NCBI RefSeq assembly: GCF_004010195.1
Contig: NW_025214410.1
Location: forward strand, 1 to 43,216
Direction: 5' to 3'
Length of the DNA stretch: 43,216 bases
From: Chiloscyllium plagiosum
Lineage: Eukaryota
In this document: piece after piece, positions 23,601 through 34,510 of the stretch
Layout of the letters: every line of letters starts with the position of its first letter
How positions within the stretch are numbered: position 1 is the first letter of the stretch
Notes under the pieces: model-generated
The model's database searches: none
What the model was told of the DNA's origin: nothing
Seen by the model: only the letters and a program-made list of their open reading frames with translations
Position numbers and translations under genes: made by a program

Positions 23601-24084
23601 AAAAGCAGAGCGAACCATTGAGCAAATGTACCATCACATTCCACACTATCTGTAGCATGTGTAATGGCTTTACACACTGGTAACTCAGCCTAGTGAAAAC
23701 ACTCTGCGCCCATCAACCCGAATTCAATGCATCCAAACGCGGTTCTCTGGTGTACAACCTCATTAGTGCTGCAGGAAATGTTTCTGCACTCAGATCTGAA
23801 TGGGTTTACTCTGTTTTCTTCCTCAGATTCCTGCTTTAAATAAACATATCAGTCAGGAACAACTCTATATAATGGTTTCCATTGCAACACAAACACAAAG
23901 TGCTGTTTGCAGCAGTTACGTGCTTGCACTGTCACTGACACTCTCTCTCCCCAGGAGCTGCAGTCCTTCCCCAGCTGATACTGACAGCACTGTCCTTCCT
24001 GTGACATGTCCCATCGAGAATGGACGGCCAGGCATTAATAACATTCACTGGGGAACAGAGCGACAGGTTTAAAACCTTTACGAT

Positions 24085-24146
24085 GCCCCCAGCGGAGAAT
24101 TGAGCCCTGTGACAGGCGGGGACACTAACCACGGTACTGTGGAGGA
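24085..24146 (-). pseudogene. tRNA-Asp(GTC) pseudogene with ~10-nt internal deletion, cassette B
   Basis: Reverse complement TCCTCCACAGTACCGTGGTTAGTGTCCCCGCCTGTCAC/AGGGCTCAATTCTCCGCTGGGGGC. Confidence 0.85.
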
Positions 24147-24149
24147 CAA

Positions 24150-24640
24150 CAACATCAATAGAGGCCCTTCAGCCTGTTGTGGACGCACTTGTCCAACACA
24201 ACTGCTTAACGACCTGAATCAAGTTTTCCATCGTTTAGCCCATCGTCTTATATGTCTTGCCATTTCAAATTCACATCTGATTTTTTTCAGGTGAGAAGGG
24301 TTTCCGCCGCTCTGACCCTTTTCGCACATCTACTCAAACCTTTCTGCCTTTTCCCGAAATCTCTTGGCCCCGGTGTTCGATCCCTCCATCAATCACAAAC
24401 GCTTCTTTCACTCTATGCTTTGCATATGCCTCATTATTTTGTACATCTCAGTCGTGTATTTTCCAACCTTCTCTGCTCTGCGATAAACAACCTCAGTCTG
24501 TCCAACCTTTCCTCATCACTGAAACTCTTCAGCCCAGACAATTTCCCTGGGAATCTCTCCTGCAACGTTCCAAGTGCGATCACATCCATGCTCTACTGTG
24601 AATTGCAGAACTGCACACAGTAATCTAGCTGGAGTCGAAT
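24150..24640 (-). mobile_element. Old CR1 3' remnant, cassette B
   Basis: ACATCCATGCTCTACTGTGAATTGCAGAACTGCACACAGTA is antisense of YCVQF. Paralog of 14750-15200. Confidence 0.75.
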
Positions 24641-24649
24641 AAACTTTTC

Positions 24650-25005
24650 TTTTTCCTATTCCGTTGCAGTCTGAGGGTGTCACTGGCTCGGCAGTATTTA
24701 TTGCTATCCCAATTGAACAGCAGGCAGTTGAGATTCAACCATATTGCAGTGAGTCTGGAGTCATATGGAGGCCCGACCAGATAAGAATGGCAGTTTCCTT
24801 CCTCAAAGGACGTCACTGAACCTGATGGTCTTGTTTTTTTCAACAATTGACCATGGATTTATAGGAGTTATTAGATTCGTAATTCCAGATGTTTATTGAA
24901 TCCCAATTCTAACACCTGGCATGGTTGGAGTAAAACCCGGATCCCTGGTTCATTTGCTTGGTGTCTGAATTAACAGTCCAGTGGTACTAGAGCTCGGCCA
25001 TTGCA
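24650..25005 (-). mobile_element. Deu-domain SINE (mirror 30165-30515)
   Basis: Antisense Deu core CAACCATATTGCAGTGAGTCTGGAGTCATATGGAGGCC...GGCAGTTTCCTTCCTCAAAGGAC. Confidence 0.8.
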
Positions 25006-25295
25006 GAAAACCCGTGAAACTAATCTTTCCCAATGAAGTCGCTTTTGCTCGATATTGTCCTCTGTCATCTTCCTGAGCTTAACCGCTAATAATCGCGAGT
25101 CCATGTCAGTAAAAGCTTCTACCTGAGGATTGGCCTCACAACAGCGGTAGCCAAATTGATCAACTGTTCTGCAGGTCCCGATCGTGGGGTTGGGGCACGT
25201 TCACCCAGCAACAGTGACCGCAGCAGCACAGACTGAATTTTATCAATGTGAGTATCAGAATTAGATTCTGCAGAGCCTGAATGAAATAGGAAATT

Positions 25296-25424
25296 ACTCC
25301 ACAACTACATGATGAAAGAGCAGCGCTCCGAAAGCTAGTCTTTCAATTAAACCTGTAAGACTATAACCTGGTGTTGTGTGACTATTAACTTTGTACACCA
25401 TAGTCCAACACCGGCATCTCCAAA
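25296..25424 (+). mobile_element. Short PLE terminal-repeat fragment with hammerhead-like core, left arm only
   Basis: aTGATGA-AA-GAGC-AGC-GCTC-C-GAAA followed by AAACCTGTAAGACTATAACCTGGTGTTGTG...AGTCCAACACCGGCATCTCC. Confidence 0.7.
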
Positions 25425-25640
25425 TTGATGAAATAGGGTATGGGACGGAAAGTTCGGTTAGTGATCGTAGGAGGGAAGAAATCTCTGAGAACCGGTGGAT
25501 TTGAATACTGATATATGAAACACAGAGATGTGAGCAAGCAGAATTTGAAGGAAAGAAAATCATCACCTTGGAAAAAATACCATGTTAAAACAACTGATTC
25601 CTTTGTGTTTCACAAAAGCTGGGGCAGATAGAGCAATTAC

Positions 25641-25712
25641 TGCCGTGACTCAGACGCGAGCTGAGGTTGCTGCGGGCACAACGCAGAGTACTAACCACTA
25701 TACGATCACGGC
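25641..25712 (-). pseudogene. tRNA-His(GTG), full length, B box mutated, cassette B
   Basis: Reverse complement GCCGTGATCGTATAGTGGTTAGTACTCTGCGTTGTGCCCGCAGCAACCTCAGCTCGCGTCTGAGTCACGGCA. 5' half identical to vertebrate His. T loop TTCGAAT>CTCGCGT, G37>C. Confidence 0.93.
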
Positions 25713-26146
25713 ATCCCACACGCAAGTACGCTAACAGCCCGCAATAAGTACAGTAGCAGAGGAAATGTTAGGTAGATTACCAAATTCACAATATCAGTGT
25801 TTAGCGAACAGTGTCAGATATATCGGAACTAAGAATGGGCTGACCGTTTACATTGATGCCCCCGGAGGCTATGGTGATTCCATCATTAACATGCTGAAGG
25901 TTGAGATAAATAGATTTCTCCGAAACATCAAAGACTCCAGGGACTGTGCAGGTTTTGTTGAAATGTGTGCTTCAATAGTAATGCAGTTTTACATCGGCTA
26001 CTTCACCAGATTCCCTACACAAGGCAGTAACCACTGCTGCCACACAGTCTCAACTCCCAGCCCCAGAATCAGAGGAACTGAGTGGCGCAGTCGCGAAGAT
26101 CCAACCGGAAATCGGGATGGGAATGAGTTCGCAGAGCTTCTCGATG

Positions 26147-26243
26147 GCTCCAGTGACACAACCGATGAATGCATGGTACTGCTATGACAGTTTAGAGGCG
26201 CATGCAATTCCGAGATTGGGAGTGCTCCTGGTCAAAGGCAGTG
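26147..26243 (+). pseudogene. tRNA-Ile(TAT) pseudogene with 22-nt intron, cassette B
   Basis: GCTCCAGTGACACAACCGATGAATGCATGGTACTGCTA-tgacagtttagaggcgcatgca-ATTCCGAGATTGGGAGT. Confidence 0.75.
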
Positions 26244-26306
26244 CAGAAGGGAAAATTTGTTCCCGTTTTTAGTGACATAGCAATCTACAGTGCATCTTTC
26301 TGAGAC

Positions 26307-26360
26307 AGCTGAGTGCCACAACTGGAGCGTGGGCGGCTGGTTTGAAATTTGATTTTGCTT
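26307..26360 (+). pseudogene. Initiator tRNA-Met remnant with central deletion, cassette B
   Basis: AGCTGAGTGCCACAACTGGAGCGTG...TGATTTTGCT. Mirror of 28990-29060. Confidence 0.6.
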
Positions 26361-27084
26361 CACTATCACCCACTACCCTGGAATGAATTTCTTTCACCAA
26401 TTTTCTTTCCAATTGTTTGGTATCTCCCTGCAGTCTGCGGCCTTCTTCCTAATGGTTAATTGCATGACTAACGATCATGCACACTGCTAAATCACGGCCA
26501 CTACAAGTAAACATGAATCATTGATCTACATGAGAAAACAGTGGAACTTACAGCAGGCATCCTTCGTAGGTTTGCGGGCGACACCAGAATTGTAAACAGT
26601 GAGGAAGATTATCTAATATTCAAAAGGATCTTAATCCAATGAGTCCTTGGACTGAAAAATGTAACATGGAGTTCAATCTGTCTAAACGGAAGGTATTACA
26701 TTTTGTTACAACAAAAAGAGTAGGGCTGATATAGTTAGTGATAAGGTCTTTTATGTAGTGTTGGAGAACACGGAAGCTAGGGGTGCAGGTACATAATTCC
26801 TTGCAGTTTGCATCACATACAGACCAGATGGTTGAAAGGCATTTGGCATACTTCTCCTTTGTGTATAGGAGTTGGGACGTTATGTTGAAGTTTGCAGGAC
26901 ATTGAGGAGACCTCTTCTGGAACATTATGTGCAGTTCTGGTCGCCCAGTTGTGGGAATGACATTATTCAGCTGGAGCAGGTTCAGAAAAGGTTGCCGTGT
27001 GAGGAAGGTTTGAGTTATAATGAAAGGCTGGATAGGCTGAGACTATTTTCCGATTCGAGATTGGGTTCTGTAAACCCACAACAG

Positions 27085-27260
27085 GAAAGAGAGCATGCGA
27101 GGAGCAGGAGAATCAACTTTTCGCGCAAGTGTCGTTCATCAGGTTCTTCCCAGAAACGTCGATTCTCCAGCTCCTCAGATGCTGCCTGACCTGCTGTTCT
27201 TTCCCAGCACAACACTGTCGACTCTGATCTCTCATCTACAGTTCTCACTTTCTCCTAGTT
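27085..27260. mobile_element. Inverted pair of PLE terminal-repeat fragments
   Basis: GAGGAGCAGGAGAATCAAC...TTCATCAGG (minus) abutting GAAACGTCGATTCTCCAGCTCCTCAGATGCTGCCTGACCTGCTG (plus). Confidence 0.8.
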
Positions 27261-27569
27261 GAGACTGTTTTCCCTCTAGAATAGTGGTTTGAGCGGCGAT
27301 CTGATAGACGTTTATGACTTATTGAGAGGTAAGTCAGAGTTAACGACAGTTGACTTTTCCAAGGAGGGGGATTTCAAGACGAAACGGCCTATATTTCAGA
27401 GGAAAAGAGAGAATTTTTCTTTGAAAAAGAGACATGCGAGGCACTTTTCTTGAGAGGGTGTTTTACGTGTGCAATTAACTTGCTGAGGAAGTGATGGATG
27501 AGGGTACGTTTGCAACATTTAAAGCACAAATGTGTCCATACATGAATGGCAAAGTGGAATTTTTAAAAT

Positions 27570-27890
27570 AAAATCTATTCATTCAAGCCTAGTACATCAG
27601 TTGTTTCCCAGAGGACAGTTAAAAGTCAATCACGACATTACGCATCTTGAATCTCATGTGGGACAGAACACATGACTGTGGCAGTTTGCCTCCCGAACTG
27701 CATTAGTGAATCTGATGGGATTTTCCACACAACTGATTCAGGTCATCACGAGACTCTTTAATCCAAGGTATTTATTGAATTCAAACTCCACCATCTATCA
27801 TGCCAGGACCTGAAACCTTTGTCCCCAAAATATTACTTGGGATTATAGATTAACGATGGAGTAATAAAACTGCAAGGACATTATTTCCAC
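27570..27890 (-). mobile_element. Deu-domain SINE
   Basis: CCAGAGGACAGTTAAAAGTCAATCAC...GCATTAGTGAATCTGATGGG...TATTGAATTCAAACTCCACCATCT. Confidence 0.7.
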
Positions 27891-28019
27891 TCCGCGGATA
27901 CAGGAGGAGGCAGACAGGAATAGATTAGTTTGGCAGAATGTTCAGCATGGATTGGTTGGGCCTGTTTTCATGCTGTATGACTCTCTGACTGACGCTATGG
28001 AGCAGGCTGTTGGTTGGGA

Positions 28020-28300
28020 TTAACAGCAGCATTGACAGCATAATAGATCACCTGATGAGATATGTAATCCTGCTGGAGTCTCCGGAGGTTGTTTTGCTCA
28101 GTGATCCCTTCCCACACACGGGACTGGTGAACGGTCTCTCCCCAGTGTTACTGATTAACTGAGTTTCCATTTCAGTGGTTAATTGAATCCCTTCCAACAG
28201 TTCCCACATTTCCCTGCTTTCTCTGTGGTATCGGCGTACTTTTTTCTACCCAGGGTGAACAATCCTTTCATATTGTGTCCACACACATACAAATCCTGTT
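28020..28300 (-). pseudogene. C2H2 zinc-finger pseudogene remnant, cassette B'
   Basis: Reverse complement translates TTEKAGKCGNCWKGFN*P then EMETQLISNTGERPFTSPVCGKGS, which includes the canonical TGERPF linker. Confidence 0.85.
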
Positions 28301-28329
28301 GTCCATGTTGTGAATGTGTTTTCCTTGTT

Positions 28330-28830
28330 TCTCATTCACCCACAGGGTGTGCGTATCACTGGTCAGGACAACAATTATTCTTCGCACCTTGTTCATTGCT
28401 GCCTGGCTGCACTACACACCCGGGTGCGATCCCAGCCTCGGTTGTCTGTCTGTGGGCAGTCTGCACATTCTCTCTGTGTTTGAGTTTTTATTCCTCCCTC
28501 TGAGCAAAGATATGCCGGTTACAGGGACCAGCAATGGGAAATTCAGGCTTATGGGATAGAAAATCCCGTGGGGTCTGGTGGGGTGCGCTTCGGTGGGACC
28601 GTGTGGACTGGAAGTCGACAAGCTTGCATCCCCACACGATGGGGATTATTGAATTAAGGGTCAGCTAATGTTGTTCTGGTCGTGGAGACTCTCGTAGGTA
28701 GGACTGGTTAAAGATGGTAGAATCCCCTGAAAAAAGGACAAGAATGAATGGGATTTCAAGAAATTAAAGTCATGATCTCTGTTCCTGACGTCAGGCTAGT
28801 ATTCCAGGTTTTATTCATCGAACTTAAACA
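28330..28830 (-). mobile_element. Deu-domain SINE of cassette B', split by an HE1-like SINE
   Basis: 28660-28830 aligns with 36110-36300, and 28330-28385 aligns with 36015-36075. Confidence 0.65.
28390..28655 (+). mobile_element. Old HE1/V-SINE
   Basis: CCCGGGTGCGATCCCAGCCTCGG..GTCTGTGGGCAGTCTGCACATTCTCTCTGTGT V-domain. Confidence 0.75.
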
Positions 28831-28989
28831 TCACCGTTTCTGTGTCCCAGTCGCCAAGGATGACAAGTTTAAAATATCACCCCAACACCACCTTCTCCAG
28901 GTTGAAGTCTTTACTGTGTGGAAGAAACTGATACTGAACTGACGCAAGCAAATGCAGCTGCCACTGCCAGTGTCAGAAACAGATCCAAG

Positions 28990-29060
28990 TAGCAAAATCA
29001 TCTTTTAAACCCACCACTGCAAACTAAGGGCTCAACACGCTCCAGTTGTGCCACTCAGCT
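28990..29060 (-). pseudogene. Initiator tRNA-Met pseudogene, cassette B'
   Basis: Reverse complement AGCTGAGTGGCACAACTGGAGCGTGTTGAGCCCTTAG...TTTTGCTA. Confidence 0.7.
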
Positions 29061-29111
29061 GTCTTAGCAAGATACACTGTAAATCGCTATGATAGTATAA
29101 ACCGGGACAAC

Positions 29112-29208
29112 CATTCCCTTGAGCAGGAACACACTCAACCGAGGAATTTCTTGCGCCTCTATACCATCATAGAAGGACCGCACGCTCACCTGTTGCATCA
29201 CTGGAGAC
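29112..29208 (-). pseudogene. tRNA-Ile(TAT) pseudogene with intron, cassette B'
   Basis: Reverse complement CTCCAGTGATGCAACAGGTGAGCGTGCGGTCCTTCTA-tgatggtatagaggcgcaagaa-ATTCCTCGGTTGAGTGT. Confidence 0.75.
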
Positions 29209-29630
29209 AGAGAGTAACTCCGCGAACTCATTTCCATCCCCATTTCCGGATCTGTGCGGCTGTGCAGCGGTTTCGATGATTCTGAGGCTGGGTAGGGTTT
29301 ATGTGTAATTATCTGCAACACTGGTTATGGCCTTGAGGACGCTGGTGAAGTTGTCGATGTTAAGCTAAAATGCTATAGAAGCATGCATTTAAACAATATC
29401 CTGTCCTGTCCCCCGAGTCTTTGATGCTTGTCGAAACCTATCAATCTCAGTTTTCAACATTCTCATTCAAGGGATCTCCACAGCCTCTGAGGACACCGAA
29501 GTTAAAGATTCAACTCATTCCCAGTTCCCACATGTCTGCCACTGTTCGTTGAGTACTGATATTGCACAGTTGGTGTTCTTCTGAACATATCCTCTGCTCG
29601 AATACTTATTGCAGCTTGCAAGTATCCTGT

Positions 29631-29700
29631 TCTGTGGTCGTGGTTGTCTGTATTTTGCACTGTGACTACAGCAACCTCTATTCGAATCCAAATCACAGCA
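29631..29700 (+). pseudogene. tRNA-His(GTG) pseudogene, cassette B'
   Basis: TCTGTGGTCGT...GTATTTTGCACTGTGACTACAGCAACCTCTATTCGAATCCAAATCACAGCA. Confidence 0.8.
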
Positions 29701-30164
29701 CTAAATGTTCTCTCCGTTGTACTTTTTGACACACTCGGTAAGAAATTAATTGCTTTACCTTCAAATTCCGCTCTCTCACATCTCTGTGTTTCATATATCA
29801 GAATTCAAACACGCCCGTTGTCGGAGATTCCTCTCCTTCCCACGATCATTAAACCTCCTTTCTGTACCTCTTCCCATTTCTCTGAGGCAATGAACAATCT
29901 ATCGCTCTCTTTTACATTGATGCTGTTCTGTCTGTGCTGCTGCTGCGGTCACTGTTGATGGGTGAATGTGCCCCAACTTCACCATCAGGGCCTCCAAACA
30001 AGTCGATCCATTTGGATACCGCGGTTGTGAAATCAATCCCATGTAGCAGCTTTTACTGACATAAGCCAGAGACAATTGGAGCGTCAGGCCCATGGAAAAG
30101 ACCCAGGGCAGTTTTGGGGAAATAAGTTTTTATTGGAAAAGACCAGCTTTTGTGGCTTTCTGCG

Positions 30165-30515
30165 TTGGTCTCGCTGTAATTTCATAGGACTGATAATCCT
30201 GAAACCGAGGTTATAGTTTGGGTACTCGGGCTTGAGTCCCACCATGCCAGATTGTAAAATTCGGATTCAGAAAATATCTGCAATGAAGAATCTAATGACT
30301 ACTACAGATCCATTGACAATTGTTGAAAACTAAACATCTGGTTTACTGATGTCATTTCAGGATGGAATCTGCTATCCTTACTTGGTCTGGCCTGCATGTG
30401 ACTTCAGACTCATAGCAATATGGTTGAGTCTCAACTGCACTCTGGGCAATTCGGAATGGGTAATAAATTCTGCTGAGCCAGAATCGTCCTCATATTAATA
30501 CAGAAATTTTTAAAA
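30165..30515 (+). mobile_element. Deu-domain SINE (mirror of 24650-25005)
   Basis: CATCTGGTTTACTGATGTC...GGAATCTGCTATCCTTACTTGGTCTGGCCTGCATGTGACTTCAGACTCATAGCAATATGGTTGA. Confidence 0.85.
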
Positions 30516-30519
30516 CAAA

Positions 30520-31050
30520 TGCTCATTAGGCGCAAGCAAGAGTGCTGTGTGCAGTTTTGCAAATCACATTATAGTAGGGATGTCATCACACTGAGAACAT
30601 TGCAGGAGATATTTACCGGGATACTGTTTGGGATGAAGAGTTTCAGTTGTGAAGAAAGACAGGACAGAGTGGCCTGTTTGTCGCATTGCAAAGGAGATGT
30701 AGAGAAGTCATGAATGAGTTCGGGCATGGACAGATTTGACTGAACGAGGTTCCCATCGATGGAGGGATCGATCAGCAGGGGCCAAGATTTAAGGAGAAAG
30801 GCAGAAAGGTTTGAGAAGATGTGCAAAAAGTTTTATCAGCCAGTGTGGGAGGGGGGTTGGAATTTAGAATACACTGCCTGCATTGTTCAGAGCGGCAAAA
30901 ACCCTTATAACCTGAATAACTATTCAGATGTGAACTTGTGATGCCAAGACATATAAAGACGTAGGATAAGCATTGAGAAATGCGATTCAGTTCATTAGGC
31001 ACGTTTTTGACACGTGTGGCCACAATTGGCTGAATGGCCTCCTTTGACAC
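30520..31050 (+). mobile_element. Old CR1 3' remnant, cassette B'
   Basis: QECCVQFCKSHYSRDVITLRTLQEIFT, plus tail GGCTGAATGGCCTCC. Confidence 0.8.
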
Positions 31051-31055
31051 TCCTG

Positions 31056-31117
31056 TCCTCGGTAGTATAATGGTTTGTGTCCCCGCCTGTCGCAGGGCTC
31101 AATTCTCCGCTGGGAAC
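31056..31117 (+). pseudogene. tRNA-Asp(GTC) pseudogene with the same ~10-nt deletion, cassette B'
   Basis: TCCTCGGTAGTATAATGGTTTGTGTCCCCGCCTGTCGC/AGGGCTCAATTCTCCGCTGGGAAC. Confidence 0.88.
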
Positions 31118-33954
31118 AGTGTAAATGTTTTAAAACTGTCACTCCATTCCCAAGTTCGGGCATTGATACCTGTCCTTCCATTCTCGATGGTGCATGTCAT
31201 AGGAAGGACAGTGCTGCCTGAATCAGTGTGGGGAAAGGCTACAGCTCTCAGTGCGGCAGAGTGTCAGTGAAAGTGCAAACACGTGACTTCAGCAAACTGT
31301 ACATTGTATCTGTGTTGGAATGATAAGCATTTGACAGACTTGTACTGGATTGAAGTGTTTACTGGAAGCAGGACGGTGAGGAAAAAACAGCGCAAAAACA
31401 TTTAAATATGATTGCAGAAACATTTCCCTCAGCACGAATTAAATTGTAATGGACAGATTAGCGTTTCGATACATTGAATTTGGGTTGATTTGCTTTGATG
31501 AGGTTGAGTTACCAGGGTATAAACCATTAAAAAATGATACAGCAATTGCTCACTATGATGCAACATTGTGTCAGTAATCCACACTGCTGTCGGTCGGAGG
31601 GTTAGGCTGATTGGCGAAGTTAAATTTCCCTCTCGTGTCCAGGGAGTGAATTAACTAAGTTAGGTGAATTAGCAATGGGTAACGCGGAGACAAGGTCAAA
31701 AGTCACAGACGCCAGCTTATAGTCCAACAGGTTGATTTGAAATAATAAGGGGAGGGCTCACACTTCCTCAGGTGAAATATACGGGAATAGGGAGGGGAGC
31801 TAGGTCTGGGTGAGATGACCTTCAGAGAGTCGACAACGGCTCGATTGACTGAAATGCTCTTTCTACACTGTAGGATTCTGTGATTCTATCGGAGAGGATA
31901 ATGATGGTGTTTACTGGGGTGTAAAGCCATTACAGAAGATGCTGGCGAGGTGTACTGAGGATGAAATTTTATTCACTTGTGTTCTTGGAAAATTGAGGAC
32001 AGTTATCGCTGAACCAAGGAAGACTTAATGGGTTTTTTTTCCGCTTATGAAATGTTTGGACAGAGTAAATAGGGGGAAAATTCCCTCTTACAAGTAAGTA
32101 AACATCTAGATGTCAGGCATTCAATACCTTTGATAAAACCTTTGAAGTACAAAGAAATGATGAGAACAGAATTGCTGTCACTCCGAGAATCTGTTTTTCA
32201 AAATATTTGAAAAGGCACATTTGGTGACATACAAGGAATAAATTTCACAAGGAGGGAGACAGCGCGTGGCTAGGTAAAGGAGTAGGGGTGGGGTGTAGTC
32301 GGTCGGAAGTTGCGGGGAAACAATGTCTAAATTGGTTGACTTTAGATGTAAAGACATTTCGTGAAGATGTGCAGCTGAATAAGATTCGATTCCAAAACTC
32401 TAAATTTTGAAAGGTTTGGCATAATATTCCACTTAAAGCATTGTAAATGAAACTGAGCGGATTTCTTTTATTGTGATGGGGAGATATTACATAATGAATA
32501 GGAAGTGACCAGTTGCTTGGAGATCGACTTCTTGCTTTAATCACATGCGTTAAAGATGTGAGGACAAACACCATGATGTTTGGTCCATTTAATACTCAGT
32601 GAAATCTGCCAAAGTAACGAGCAACAAAACTGCACTTTAACCCTCTGCTTTTCTAAGAAGTATTCTCCTTAAGGTGAAGTAAAGTCGGAGCAACTTTGAG
32701 TACAACATTAATCGTTCCAATGAGATAAATCTAATTCACTTGCGATATTCCAATGAACATTGTCAAGTTGCAGCAAAATTAAAATGAAACGAACAAACAG
32801 CGTTTCTTGCGGTTTAATCCAATTCAGGTTCAGCCATATCAGAAAGGCCATTGAGCCACAACATCGCCTTTATTTCCCTCTCCATGACTGCTTCTCCACG
32901 TGAGAGAGAAAGTGACTGAAGAAGTTATGAGTCAAATGAAGGTGAGAATATGACGTAAAAGTCTTGTTCTCTGTTTGATTCTGACACAGTTCTGACTCAG
33001 AATGTATTACTGACAGCTATTCATTCTGACCAGTCTGGCTATTTATTGGAATTTGCTGTCATTATAATTCTGGTGAAAGCAGAAACATAATGGTGTGGAT
33101 TCGATTCCCCTCTGGAAATTTCTCATCCATGGCTTTCACTGCATGAAACCTGATGAGGTCACATGCCAACGCTCGACAAAATGTGCTGAGGAGACCGACC
33201 GATTATGGTGGTGGGTTATTATACTGTTGTTCTCAACATTCACGGATTCGTGTCACACTCTGGTTGCTCACTTCACAAACCGCTCCATCAGTTTTCCTTT
33301 GCACCTCACACCTCTTGTATACACTGGATCGTGAATCTTGTTCTTGCCCTTTCCTGCACGGGAGATTGACGAGCAATAGACACCACATTAAAGTCGAAAT
33401 GAAGACCGAGAGCAGTCATTCTATTCAGTGGTACATTAAATTGTTGTAATGAGAAAGAGCACATTTTTCTTTCCGCCCCACGTTCCATCTTGTCTTTCTA
33501 TGAAGTTAGATTGAAAGAAAGAGAAACAGATAACAAGAGATCGGGAGCACAGTGGGTTGTTCATGAGTATATTAACCAAACACTTCGCACAATGATCTGA
33601 TCAGTATTTCAAACAGTCACTCGGAATCGGAACCGCACAAAGCTTCTCCAATGAAACGAACCTTCCATTCTTCCACAAATTTCTGCGGTGTGTGAATCAT
33701 ACAACGATCCATCATCCAGCGTGATCACTGACTTGCCAACTGTATAAGGTCTACCAACTTTCTTCAGCAATCACAGCTTCTGGACACAGCCACCCGTGCT
33801 GTGCCCAGTGTCATTTGTTGCACCCAGGCCACAGCAAACATTTCTTCTTCCTGAGTTTATGAGGCTTGTTCCTGATCTGCCTGATCGGTTTAATAAACGT
33901 TTCCTTTCACTTCAGCCCATCCTCTCACAATTCTGAACTTATGAATAAAATAAG

Positions 33955-34510
33955 GCGTTAGACCAAATGTTAAACAAGGCGGAAGTATGCCACTCAGCCC
34001 ATCGAGTCTGCCCCACCATTCAACGAACTCATGGTTGATCTGATAATCTTCAACTCGATTCTTCTCACTTACCTCGACAAGGTTCCATCATTTTTCTGAT
34101 TAACTATCGGGCACAGTTTGAAAATACCCAACAACTCAATCTCAACAGTGGTTGCCACAAAACTGCCACAGACTCTCTGACCCCTGAGCAAAGAAATTAC
34201 TCATCATTTCTGAATTAAACAGGCAATATCTAATTCTGTGTTCATACCGATTGGTGCTCTCCTCACAGCATAGTGCAAGCCACCTGCCCTGTCAAGATCC
34301 CAGGAATATTGAATGTTTATAAATGTTATTATGTGATTATAGCGCTCCCCTCCACCTCCTTTGTTTCAAGGAGAATAATCCCAGCCTAACCAATCATTCC
34401 GCGAATCTCCATTTTATACAGAGTTAGCAACATGTTTGTAAATCTCTGCTGGTCCTTACAGCGTCCTTACGAAGTTATAAGACAGGTAGAGAAATTTCGG
34501 CGAGGAAACG
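33955..34510 (-). mobile_element. Old CR1 3' fragment (mirror of 21400-21950)
   Basis: GCCACTCAGCCCATCGAGTCTGCCCCACCATTCAA...TGATCTGAT is the antisense CR1 3' UTR. Confidence 0.8.

Larger units (their letters stand above)
11249..26360 (+). repeat. Left arm of a large, old inverted duplication
   Basis: Colinear reverse-complement matches to the right arm, e.g. 11600-11740/42340-42490, 12420-12690/41400-41680, 14720-14880/38130-38290, 21170-22470/33460-34720, 22470-24620/30520-32745, 25100-26360/28990-30070. Confidence 0.95.
26567..27990 (+). mobile_element. CR1 LINE fragment interrupted by a PLE piece and a DeuSINE
   Basis: AGGTTTGCGGGCGACACC (FADDT-like), RTLRRPLLEHYVQFWSP, LSYNERLDRLRLF. 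3' tail GGGCCTGTTTTCATGCTGTATGACTCT at ~27960-27990. Confidence 0.88.

Noticed and set aside
25641..25670. Apparent compensatory change in the His T stem (G-C to A-T)
   Set aside because: Both substitutions are CpG deamination products (CG>CA, CG>TG), and the loop is broken, so this is not evidence of selection.
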